From: an uncultured Acutalibacter sp.
Lineage (GTDB): Bacteria; Bacillota; Clostridia; Oscillospirales; Acutalibacteraceae
DNA length: 64,000 bases
Direction: 5' to 3'
Assembly (NCBI GenBank): GCA_964600905.1
Contig: CAZRLJ010000004.1
Coordinates: forward strand, 328-64,327
Made by a program: the position numbers and the translations under genes
Shown here: positions 46,967-55,723 of the stretch, in pieces
Layout of the letters: every line of letters begins with the position of its first letter
Position numbering within the stretch: position 1 is the first letter of the stretch
The notes under the pieces: generated by a model
Database searches by the model: none
Seen by the model: only the letters and a program-made list of their open reading frames with translations
What the model was told of the DNA's origin: nothing

Positions 46967-47467
46967 TCAGGTGGTGAAGAAGAATACATCCGCAGGGGTG
47001 CCGTCCGGATAGGCCAGCGCTCCGTCCCGGCTTTCCAGCCGATAATTCCCGCGGGCAGCCTCGCCGATCACCCTGTTCCAAAAATATACGGAGGGCAGAT
47101 TTTTCGGGTGACGCTTCAGCTGCCAGGTCCCGGGGAATTTCTGAAACAGCTGGTTCGCCGCCCAGGTGCCCAGACCGCACCGGCGGTATTTGTACATCAC
47201 AAAGAATTCGGCCATGTTATAGTCGGTCTCCCCCGCTTCGGGATAATCGATCACCATGGCAAAGCCCGCCAGCTTGCCGTCCGCCTTCAGGAAAAATGCC
47301 CAGCGGCCTTTCTCTGTCCAATAATTATCCAGATAGGAATAGCCGTAAAGCCCCAGGGCGTTCACGTCCTCCCCATCGAACTGGGAAAACTCGTAATTGT
47401 ACTTTTCCAGAAGATTCCGTAGAATTTCCTTTTCCTCCTCTTTCACGGGAACCATTTCAAATTCCAT
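46967..47467 (-). CDS. GNAT family N-acetyltransferase
   Basis: AEFFVMYKYRRCGLG, N.PSVYFW. Confidence 0.85.
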   Translation of the reverse strand: MEFEMVPVKEEEKEILRNLLEKYNYEFSQFDGEDVNALGLYGYSYLDNYWTEKGRWAFFLKADGKLAGFAMVIDYPEAGETDYNMAEFFVMYKYRRCGLGTWAANQLFQKFPGTWQLKRHPKNLPSVYFWNRVIGEAARGNYRLESRDGALAYPDGTPADVFFFTT

Positions 47468-47468
47468 C

Positions 47469-48377
47469 TCAGATCAACCTTTCCAAAATAAAGTCTCTCA
47501 CTTGGTCAAGCCGCTGAAACATGGGCATTTTATGCCTTTCGGCGGCTTGCAAAAGAATATCCGCGCCAAAGTCGTGGAAGCTGAGCCCATCCAGCACCCG
47601 CTCCGCAAAACCGTGGACATCTGAACCCGCAAAGACCCGCAGTGGCGCCGGATCGCAGCGAAACAGCTCGAACACCAGGGGCGGCAACTCGTACCGGGCC
47701 GGAGCCAGGCAGGCGTCGGCGCAGTCGATGATCACCGGCTTCCCCTCAGGCGTTACCAGTATGTTTTCCCGGGTCAGGTCGCCATGGACCAGCACCTTTT
47801 TGCTGAGATCAAGGGTCTCCGCCCGCCGCAGAAAATCCGCCGCCAGGATGGCTGGTGCCTGCTTCCAGCGGGGATTTTTCCGCGTCCGTTCCAGCAGATC
47901 AACGGGAGGGATCAGGCCCTCTGCCGGACGGTTCAGCCGGGTCAAAAGCTCCCGAAGCGTCCTGGCAAGCTGTTCCTTTTCCTGGGGCGCGGCCTTATCC
48001 AGCCATTCTCCCGCCTCGGCATAGGGGCAGAACTCCGTAAGGATGTAGTAAAAGCGGTAACGATCCTCTACGCAGCCACTGGCCAGCAATCGGGGCGTGG
48101 AAAGGCCCAGCTCCGTGAGACGTCCGCACACCGCCGCCTCGTTCCGGAAATCCGGCAGAGGATCCAGGCCGGACTCCGCCGGAAAGAACACCTTGGCCAC
48201 GGTGTTTCCCACCCGAAAGACGGCGTTGGTGCCGGGAGTCAGGTTTTCCAGGGGCTCGAAGGGCAGGCCCTCCCGGCGGTAGATTTCCTCCACCAAAGGG
48301 GAAAAGGCTGAAACGGACTGAAACACCCGGCCCCAGTCCTCCCAATTTTTGATGCTCTCATGAAAGAACAACTCCAT
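47469..48377 (-). CDS. Aminoglycoside phosphotransferase-like kinase
   Basis: GTNAVF, VAK, LVHGDLTRENI, IID. Confidence 0.8.
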   Translation of the reverse strand: MELFFHESIKNWEDWGRVFQSVSAFSPLVEEIYRREGLPFEPLENLTPGTNAVFRVGNTVAKVFFPAESGLDPLPDFRNEAAVCGRLTELGLSTPRLLASGCVEDRYRFYYILTEFCPYAEAGEWLDKAAPQEKEQLARTLRELLTRLNRPAEGLIPPVDLLERTRKNPRWKQAPAILAADFLRRAETLDLSKKVLVHGDLTRENILVTPEGKPVIIDCADACLAPARYELPPLVFELFRCDPAPLRVFAGSDVHGFAERVLDGLSFHDFGADILLQAAERHKMPMFQRLDQVRDFILERLI

Positions 48378-48561
48378 GGTCACCCTCCCCCTGCTGCAAA
48401 GCCTGTCGCAGTTAGAGTATACCACCGGCCAAAACAAAGTGCAACCCTCCGGACGGGCCTTGCGGATTCCGGGAAACGTGGTATAATTGACACCATGATC
48501 GTTGTTTTGCCATGAATCAAAACCTCTGAACAGAAAAAGACGAACAGAAAGAGGAATGCCT

Positions 48562-50451
48562 ATGAGCCGCCGTGTTTCGCCGGGCCAGCTGGGCGCGGCC
48601 ATCATGCAGTACACCCGGGAGGCTCCGGGAAAAGTATATCTGGACAATATTCGGGAATTTGCGGCCCACCGATTCGGGCGGGAATACGCCGACTCCCTTC
48701 AGACGCCGGAGGACATTGAAAGGCTGCTGAACCCAGAGGGCGGCAGTCCCTTCCTCATCGTTGACGGCACAGGAGCCGTGTATACCATTCCCGGCCGCCG
48801 CCAGGTGCTGGATCCCCTGATCCGGGCCAGCTGTTCCGACTATGTTTTCAACCGCTACCTGTACGAGGAACGCTTTCCCGACGGGGACCGGGAGGTGCTG
48901 GAGCTCTCCGATCTGCTGGACAGGGGCGCTGTCCGGCTGGACCGGGAAAAGAACTGGGTCAATGTGGACCTCACCGGATTACAGAGCGATCCTGAACGGG
49001 AAACGGCAGTGGGCCGTTTTTCCCTGGAGGAGCTGCTGCGTCTCTTTGATAAGCGGGAGGGGCTTCCGGACAACTGGGAGATCGGCAGCTTCCGGGCGGC
49101 CAACACGGTGTTTGTGGACAACGTATCCCTGAGCTTTCAGCAGGAAGCCCGAAGCGCCCCGGCCTTTCGTAACGGGGTAGATTTTTCCGGAGCCACTTTT
49201 GCCGGAAAGCTGACCATGCAGAACCTTCACTTCCGCTTTATCACCGGAGAAACCGAGCTGGACAGCCAGCGGATCGATTTCCGGAACGCCCGGTTTTTCC
49301 ACAGTGCCGTCTTTCGGGATGTGACCGTGACGGGGGATATGGGAGATATGGAATTCTCCTTTGAGGACGCCCGCCTGGGCGGCTCTTTGCTGTTCTACGG
49401 CGTAGATTTCGGCCACGCCGGACTCAACTGTTTTCAGACGGTGCTGGGGCCGTACCTGATTCCCGGAGAGTCTCCGCGAATCAGCGCATCCTCCTTTGGG
49501 GAACAGGTGCTGGAGCTGAAAAACTGCTCCTTTGCCGGGGACTCCGAGCTCAACTGCGAGGGCGTACAGATCGCCGCCGGAAAGCTGGTTCTGGACAACG
49601 TGAGCGGTCTTCCTCTTGCGCGGCTGGCTCCTGACGTGATCACAGAAAAGGGCCTTCGCCGCTGCACCTGGTGCAGCCTGGAGCTGTGGCACACCGTGAT
49701 CTATCAGCCCCTCTTTCTGGCGAACTTCGACCGGGTGCATTTTGGGGACGTCACCAACTACGGCCACATTGTGGCGGAGAGTGACTGGGCGGCTCTCTCC
49801 ACAGAGGGATGGTCCCTGCCCCGGACTCTTTCAAAACGAAAAAGGCCCGTTTCCCTGTTCCTGCAGGCCGTATACGCCTGGGGCTATGAGGGCGGCAGAG
49901 CGCCCCACTTCACGCCGGAGCGCTGTGTGGAAAAGGAAGCGATCTTCAATATGATCCGGCTGGACTTCTGCGCCCAGGGCCTTTACGACGCGGAGGATCA
50001 GGCCCTTCTGTTCTACATGCACTTCAAGGCCTTTGCCGACTCCAACCCCAGCCGAAAGGGCGGAGCCGCCCGGCAGTGGGGCAAGCGTCTCCTGTACCGG
50101 CTGCTCTATTTCATGGGGGACTATGGCCTGAATCCGGGAAAGATCATCAAAACATATCTGCTGGTAGCCGCAGTTTTTTCTCTCCTCTATTTCCTGGGGC
50201 TCTGTGTCAACAATGAATTCCTGGTATTCAGCGCCTTCCCTGCGTCCCCCGGGGAACCTACGGTTTCCCTGCTTCTGCACCACCTTTGGATCGGTATGCT
50301 TTACAGCCTGGAATGCGTTTCCCCTTTCCCGGTCCAATGTGACGTTTACAGCCCTGTTTGCGCTGTGCTGGCTGCTCTGGAGAGCTTTCTGGGCGTGTTT
50401 ATCCTGGGATATTTCTCCTTTGCCCTTGTCAAACGGACCCTGCGGAACTGA
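48562..50451 (+). CDS. Pentapeptide-like repeat protein with C-terminal 2-TM channel-like domain
   Basis: DFSGATF, DFRNARF, SFEDARL repeats; DYGLNP-TM...YS...ESFLGVF-TM. Confidence 0.6.
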   Translation: MSRRVSPGQLGAAIMQYTREAPGKVYLDNIREFAAHRFGREYADSLQTPEDIERLLNPEGGSPFLIVDGTGAVYTIPGRRQVLDPLIRASCSDYVFNRYLYEERFPDGDREVLELSDLLDRGAVRLDREKNWVNVDLTGLQSDPERETAVGRFSLEELLRLFDKREGLPDNWEIGSFRAANTVFVDNVSLSFQQEARSAPAFRNGVDFSGATFAGKLTMQNLHFRFITGETELDSQRIDFRNARFFHSAVFRDVTVTGDMGDMEFSFEDARLGGSLLFYGVDFGHAGLNCFQTVLGPYLIPGESPRISASSFGEQVLELKNCSFAGDSELNCEGVQIAAGKLVLDNVSGLPLARLAPDVITEKGLRRCTWCSLELWHTVIYQPLFLANFDRVHFGDVTNYGHIVAESDWAALSTEGWSLPRTLSKRKRPVSLFLQAVYAWGYEGGRAPHFTPERCVEKEAIFNMIRLDFCAQGLYDAEDQALLFYMHFKAFADSNPSRKGGAARQWGKRLLYRLLYFMGDYGLNPGKIIKTYLLVAAVFSLLYFLGLCVNNEFLVFSAFPASPGEPTVSLLLHHLWIGMLYSLECVSPFPVQCDVYSPVCAVLAALESFLGVFILGYFSFALVKRTLRN

Positions 50452-50531
50452 CGGAAAACCGCTTTTCCAAAAGCCTGCGCCCCTGCCGGCTCGTCACACC
50501 AATCTCTGTCGGAAAGGAAGTCAGCCGATCC

Positions 50532-51002
50532 ATGCAAAACTCTGCTTTTTCTGTCCGCACCGTCACCGAGGCGGATCACGCACTGCTCCACCGTCTGGCG
50601 GAGGCCTGCCCTCCCCTGGACGTCCACACACCCTATACCTACTGGGTGCTGTGCACCCGCTTTCCCGAAACCTGTTTTGTGCTGCTCCATGACGGGGAGC
50701 CCGCAGGCTTTCTCACCGCTGTCCGCAGCGCCCGGGAGCTGTTCATCTGGCAGATCGGCCTGCTGCCCGCCTGGCGGGGTCAGGGCCTTTCTCAGCTGCT
50801 GATCCACAGCGCCGTGTCCGCCGCCCGGCAGGGAGAGGCCATCCGAGTGACCATCGCTCCGGACAACCTGGCCAGCCTCGGCGCCTTTCAGGGCTACTGC
50901 CGGAAGCATGGGCTGTCCTGGACCGAGGAAAAGCAGTTCGACCCGAATCTCTGCCCGGACAAAGAAAACACCTACCGCATGGGAGAGAAGTCCCGTCCAT
51001 GA
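50532..51002 (+). CDS. EctA-like GNAT acetyltransferase
   Basis: CPPLD...YTY, LFIWQIG..P.WRGQGL, TIAPDN.AS..F as in diaminobutyrate acetyltransferases. Confidence 0.7.
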   Translation: MQNSAFSVRTVTEADHALLHRLAEACPPLDVHTPYTYWVLCTRFPETCFVLLHDGEPAGFLTAVRSARELFIWQIGLLPAWRGQGLSQLLIHSAVSAARQGEAIRVTIAPDNLASLGAFQGYCRKHGLSWTEEKQFDPNLCPDKENTYRMGEKSRP

Positions 51003-51080
51003 CCGTAAATCGACCAGATCATCAAGGCCATTGGGTGCGTGTTCCGTCTGAAAAGCCGGAAATGGATCAAGAAAATTTGA

Positions 51081-51112
51081 AAAAGAGCTGTCCCGTCAGG
51101 GACAGCTCTTTT
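51081..51112. terminator. Bidirectional terminator
   Basis: AAAAGAGCTGTCCC-GTCA-GGGACAGCTCTTTT. Confidence 0.8.
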
Positions 51113-51127
51113 GTTAGAAGCACTTTC

Positions 51128-53299
51128 TCACGCCTTTTTCTCCCGGCGCATGGTCAGAGAGATGCGGCCCTTTTTTTCGTCGATTTCCAGCACCGTGACC
51201 TCTACCACGTCCCCTACGGAGACTACCTCCGAGGGGTGGCGGATATAGCGGTCCGCCATTTGAGAGATGTGGACCAGGCCGTCCTGATGGACGCCGATGT
51301 CCACAAAGGCGCCGAAATCCACCACATTCCGGACGGTGCCGGAGAGCTCCATGCCGGGCTTTAGGTCCGAAAGCTCCAGCACGTCCGTGCGCAGCAGGGG
51401 CGGCGGCAGCTGGTCCCGGGGATCCCGGCCGGGCTTCTGCAGCTCGGCGGCAATGTCCCGGAGAGTGGGCAGGCCCACGCCGCACTCCCCTGCGGCCTTT
51501 TCCACGCCGTATTTTTCCAGGCGGCTGTCCAGCTGAGAAAGGCTGCCCACATCGGAAAGCCCATAGCCGCACAGGGCCAGCAGTTTCTCCGCCGCTTGGT
51601 AGGATTCCGGGTGGACGGCGGTGTGGTCCAGCACATTTTCGCTTTCGGCCACCCGGAGGAACCCGGCGCACTGCTCGAAAGCCCTGGGCCCCAGCTTCGG
51701 CACCTTCAAAAGTTCCCTGCGGCTGCGGAAGGAGCCGTTCTCCTCCCGATAGGCCGCCACATTCTTCGCCACCGCCGGAGACACCCCCGCCACCCGCCGC
51801 AGCAAGGAGGGCGAGGCGGTATTCAGGTCCACGCCCACGGCGTTTACACAGTCCTCCACCACACCGTCCAGGGCTTCGGAAAGCCGGGCCTGGGGCATGT
51901 CGTGCTGATACTGTCCCACGCCGATGGCCTTGGGATCGATCTTTACCAGCTCCGCCAGGGGGTCCTGAAGCCGCCGGGCAATGGATACCGCCGACCGCAG
52001 GGATACGTCGTAATCGGGAAACTCCTCAGCGCCCAGCTTAGAGGCGGAATAGACGGACGCTCCGGCCTCGCTGACCACCATATAAGAGATTCTGCCGCCA
52101 TATTCCCGGATAAAATCGCTGACAAAAATTTCAGACTCCCGCCCGGCAGTGCCGTTGCCGATGGCAATACAGGTGATGTGGTGCTTGTCGCAGAGGCCTT
52201 TCAGCACCTTTTTGGCTTCCTCTACCCTGTTGTGAGGCTTGGTGGGATAGATCACCCCTGTTTCCAGCACCTTGCCGGTGCCATCCACCACCGCCAGCTT
52301 ACAGCCGGTACGGTAGGCGGGATCAAAGCCCAGGGTGACCTGGTTTTTCACTGGGGGCTGCATCAGCAGGGGCCGCAGGTTCAGGGCAAAGGTGTGAATG
52401 GCCTGTTCGTTGGCCCGGTCCGTCAGGCTGCTGCGGATCTCCCGTTCCAGAGAGGGAAAGATCAGCCGGTCCCAGGCGTCCTTTGCCACCTCCCGCAAAA
52501 GCTCCAAAAAGGGATTGGAGGGCTCCACTGCCTCTCCCAGGATCACAGATTCCGTCCCCCAGCCGCCGGGCTGGACGGAGACCTTCAAGGCCCCCTCCCT
52601 CTCGCCCCGGTTGATAGCCAGGATCTGGTGGCCCTGGAGCTTTTTTATCGGCTCCTCAAACTCATAGTAAAGCCGGTATACCGTGTCCTCCCCGGTGGCG
52701 GCGGCAGAGCGGAGAGAGCCGCTGCGCTGTACCCGCTCCCGGAGCTTTTTGCGGATCTCCGCGTTGTCGGAAAGGTCCTCCGCAAGAATGTCCTTTGCCC
52801 CCTGCAGGGCCTCCTGCCAGGTTGTCACACCCTTTTTCAGGTTTACATAATTTCCTGCCAGCCGATCCAGGTCACCTGCCCGGACAGGTCTGCCATCCCC
52901 GTCTTTTCCGGTAAAGAGCGCTTCGGCCAGCGGCTCCAGCCCCTTTTCCCGGGCCACGCTGGCCCGGGTTTTTCGCTTGGGCCGATAAGGGCGGTACAGG
53001 TCGTCGATCTCCGCCAGAGTCACGGCGCCGTCGATGGCCGCCTCCAGTTCGGGGGTGAGCTTTTCCTGCTCGGCAATGCTCTTTTTGATCTCCGTCTTAC
53101 GTTCCTCCAGGCCCCGGAGGTATTGAAGCCTGTCCGCCAGCAGACGGATGGTCTGATCGTCCATGGAGCCGTGCTGCTCCTTCCGATACCGGGCGATAAA
53201 GGGCACGGTATTGCCCTCATCCAGCAGAGCGACTACGGCCTGGGCGTGCTCCGGCCGGACTTTCAGTTCCCGGGCCAGCTGTGCGGTCATTTTATCCAT
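51128..53299 (-). CDS. tex: Tex family RNA-binding transcription accessory protein
   Basis: TVPFIARYRKE, DPAYRTGCK, RRLQDPLAELVK, C-terminal S1 domain. Confidence 0.95.
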   Translation of the reverse strand: MDKMTAQLARELKVRPEHAQAVVALLDEGNTVPFIARYRKEQHGSMDDQTIRLLADRLQYLRGLEERKTEIKKSIAEQEKLTPELEAAIDGAVTLAEIDDLYRPYRPKRKTRASVAREKGLEPLAEALFTGKDGDGRPVRAGDLDRLAGNYVNLKKGVTTWQEALQGAKDILAEDLSDNAEIRKKLRERVQRSGSLRSAAATGEDTVYRLYYEFEEPIKKLQGHQILAINRGEREGALKVSVQPGGWGTESVILGEAVEPSNPFLELLREVAKDAWDRLIFPSLEREIRSSLTDRANEQAIHTFALNLRPLLMQPPVKNQVTLGFDPAYRTGCKLAVVDGTGKVLETGVIYPTKPHNRVEEAKKVLKGLCDKHHITCIAIGNGTAGRESEIFVSDFIREYGGRISYMVVSEAGASVYSASKLGAEEFPDYDVSLRSAVSIARRLQDPLAELVKIDPKAIGVGQYQHDMPQARLSEALDGVVEDCVNAVGVDLNTASPSLLRRVAGVSPAVAKNVAAYREENGSFRSRRELLKVPKLGPRAFEQCAGFLRVAESENVLDHTAVHPESYQAAEKLLALCGYGLSDVGSLSQLDSRLEKYGVEKAAGECGVGLPTLRDIAAELQKPGRDPRDQLPPPLLRTDVLELSDLKPGMELSGTVRNVVDFGAFVDIGVHQDGLVHISQMADRYIRHPSEVVSVGDVVEVTVLEIDEKKGRISLTMRREKKA

Positions 53300-53317
53300 A
53301 CTCTTTCTCCTTTTCTG

Positions 53318-54541
53318 TCAGTCCAAATCCTCAAAATAGGACCGGTACACGATCTCCCGGCTGCTCTTGGGGAACAGATACCGATACAGCCCGATGAAAT
53401 AGTCGTCGGTCATACTGGCGATGTAATCCGCCGCAATGATCTCTGGGGGCTGGTTGGCATAGGGGGAGCCGCCGTAAAACCGCACATTTTTCCGGATATA
53501 GTCAATGTGGTGCCGAAACACGGGGGACTCTTTCCGGCCCTCCTTCAGATCCCGGAGGAGCCGCTCGTACATCTCCCGGAACATGGGCCGCACCACACTT
53601 TCATACTCGCTGTTGACCGCCTCATTCCGGTAGATTTTCTGATAGTTTTCTCTCTTGGCGGTCCGCAGGTCCCGGTAGGTCTCCGGGCTGAGCAGAATAC
53701 AGTCCCTGCCATAGCTGTTTTGGATAATGTCCACGGTCATGTTGTTGATGATCGGGGCGTTTTGCGTACCGATGTCGCTGCTGGAAAAAGCGGTATCCCG
53801 CCCGATGATGTGCGCGGTGACGGCGTCCTGCCGGTCCTTGCCCAGATAGGCGATCATATCGCAGACCCGCACCACGCAGCCCTCCAGAGTGGAGGGCACC
53901 AGCTTTTCCACCGCTTCACTTCCCCGCAGGTTGCAGTCCTCTACCCGGCGGTCCAGCTCGGCAAAGCCCTCCAGCGGCCGGGGCCGGTACTCCTGCTGCT
54001 CAAATTCGCCGTTGTGGGAAAGAATGCCGTCCAAGGTTTGCAGGGCAAAATTCCGGTGGTAGATCGCGTCCAGCACCCGGACGCTCTGCACATTGTGAAA
54101 GAAATGCTGCCCGGCAAATTCCTGAAGCAGCTCGTCCAGAAAGCGCTCCCCGGCGTGGCCGAAGGGGGCATGGCCAATGTCGTGGCCCAGGGCAATGGCC
54201 TCGATCAGATCCAGGTTCAGGCCCAGCACCGCCCCGATGTTCCGGGCAATCCGGGACACCAGCTGCACATGGAGGGCACGGCGGGTGATGTCGTCGTTTT
54301 CGTAGAAGGAAAAAACCTGGGTCTTGTCGGCGTAGCGGTTATAGACCGGGAGATGGAGAATTTTTTCCGTATCCCGGACAAAGGCTGGCCGCCAAAGATT
54401 GGCCCGGTCCCTGCTTTCGTCCCGGCGGCAGACATTCTCGTCCCGGAACCGCCAGGGGTTTTCCCAGTGGTTTGCCCGGTCCTGCAAGATGCGCCGCTGG
54501 AGCTCTTCACTCAGTTGATTGTACCGCAGTCCTTCCGCCAT
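53318..54541 (-). CDS. dGTP triphosphohydrolase-like HD protein
   Basis: RYADKTQV, LGHDIGHAPFGHAGE, DYIASMTD. Confidence 0.88.
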   Translation of the reverse strand: MAEGLRYNQLSEELQRRILQDRANHWENPWRFRDENVCRRDESRDRANLWRPAFVRDTEKILHLPVYNRYADKTQVFSFYENDDITRRALHVQLVSRIARNIGAVLGLNLDLIEAIALGHDIGHAPFGHAGERFLDELLQEFAGQHFFHNVQSVRVLDAIYHRNFALQTLDGILSHNGEFEQQEYRPRPLEGFAELDRRVEDCNLRGSEAVEKLVPSTLEGCVVRVCDMIAYLGKDRQDAVTAHIIGRDTAFSSSDIGTQNAPIINNMTVDIIQNSYGRDCILLSPETYRDLRTAKRENYQKIYRNEAVNSEYESVVRPMFREMYERLLRDLKEGRKESPVFRHHIDYIRKNVRFYGGSPYANQPPEIIAADYIASMTDDYFIGLYRYLFPKSSREIVYRSYFEDLD

Positions 54542-54620
54542 AAAGCGCTCCTTTCATAAAGAAATCCCCGCCATCCGGCAGACAGCGGGGATTTTTTACA
54601 TTTCACTGATCGCGCTTCCC

Positions 54621-55589
54621 TCAAATACTGAGTTTAGCCGCCACCTGATACAGCTTTTCGTCAAATACGCGAGGCATGTTCAGGGCCTCGGTGATGTCGA
54701 AATCCACCACGTTTTCGCCCTTCAAGGCCACGACCCTGTTGCCCAGACCGTTGTGGAGCAGCTCCACCGCGTGATACCCCATGCGGCTTGCCACCACCCG
54801 GTCCCGCAGGGTGGGAGAACCGCCCCGCTGCACATGGCCCAGAATGGTAGCCCGGCTTTCAATGCCGGTCTCCGCCTGGATGCGCTCGGTGATTTCCTGG
54901 GTGTGGCCGACGCCCTCGGCCACCACCACGATGAAGTGGCGCTTGTTGTTCTTCTGGGCAGTGCGGATCCGCTCGATCACGTCCCGCTCAAAATCATACT
55001 CCATTTCAGGAACCAGCACGGCGATAGCGCCGGTGGCAATCCCGGTTTGCAGAGCGATGTCGCCGCAGCGGCGGCCCATGACCTCCACCACACTGCACCG
55101 GTCATGAGACTCGGTGGTGTCGCGGATGCGGTCGATCATTTCCATGGCGGTATTCAGCGCCGTGTCGTAGCCGATGGTATAATCGGTGCAGGCAATATCG
55201 TTGTCGATGGTGCCGGGTACGCCGATGCAGTTGATGCCTGCCCCGGTCAGGTCCCTGGCCCCCCGGAAGGAGCCGTCGCCGCCGATGACCACCACGCCGT
55301 CGATCCCCAGGCTGCGGCACATGTCCGCGGCCTTCTGTACGCCCTCGGGCGTATTGAACTCCGGGCTGCGGGCTGTGAACAGCGCCGTGCCGCCATGCTG
55401 CATAATATCGGACACGCTTCTCAAATTCATCTCCTGCAGGTCTCCGTGGAGCAGGCCGTTATAGCCCCGCTTTACGCCGTAAACCTTCATGCCAAAGGAA
55501 ATGCCAGACCGCACCACGGCCCGCACCGCAGCGTTCATGCCGGGAGCGTCGCCCCCGCTTGTCAGCACAGCAATACTTTTTGCACCCAT
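54621..55589 (-). CDS. pfkA: 6-phosphofructokinase
   Basis: LTSGGDAPGMNA, GGDGS, GTIDND, EVMGR, LGHVQRGG. Confidence 0.97.
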   Translation of the reverse strand: MGAKSIAVLTSGGDAPGMNAAVRAVVRSGISFGMKVYGVKRGYNGLLHGDLQEMNLRSVSDIMQHGGTALFTARSPEFNTPEGVQKAADMCRSLGIDGVVVIGGDGSFRGARDLTGAGINCIGVPGTIDNDIACTDYTIGYDTALNTAMEMIDRIRDTTESHDRCSVVEVMGRRCGDIALQTGIATGAIAVLVPEMEYDFERDVIERIRTAQKNNKRHFIVVVAEGVGHTQEITERIQAETGIESRATILGHVQRGGSPTLRDRVVASRMGYHAVELLHNGLGNRVVALKGENVVDFDITEALNMPRVFDEKLYQVAAKLSI

Positions 55590-55723
55590 AGTTATTTCCT
55601 CCCTGTATATCGGAATGATCGGGCCATGCGCCCAAATCTCTCAGTTTTACTCAGGTACATTATACCAAAAAGAATAAAATTATCAAGTGGTTTCCCGTGA
55701 TTTTTTCCGACAAATTGCCGCAT

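Noticed and set aside
46967..48377. Aminoglycoside resistance cassette
   Set aside because: Generic GNAT and APH-like folds with host-like GC and no mobile context; resistance cannot be inferred
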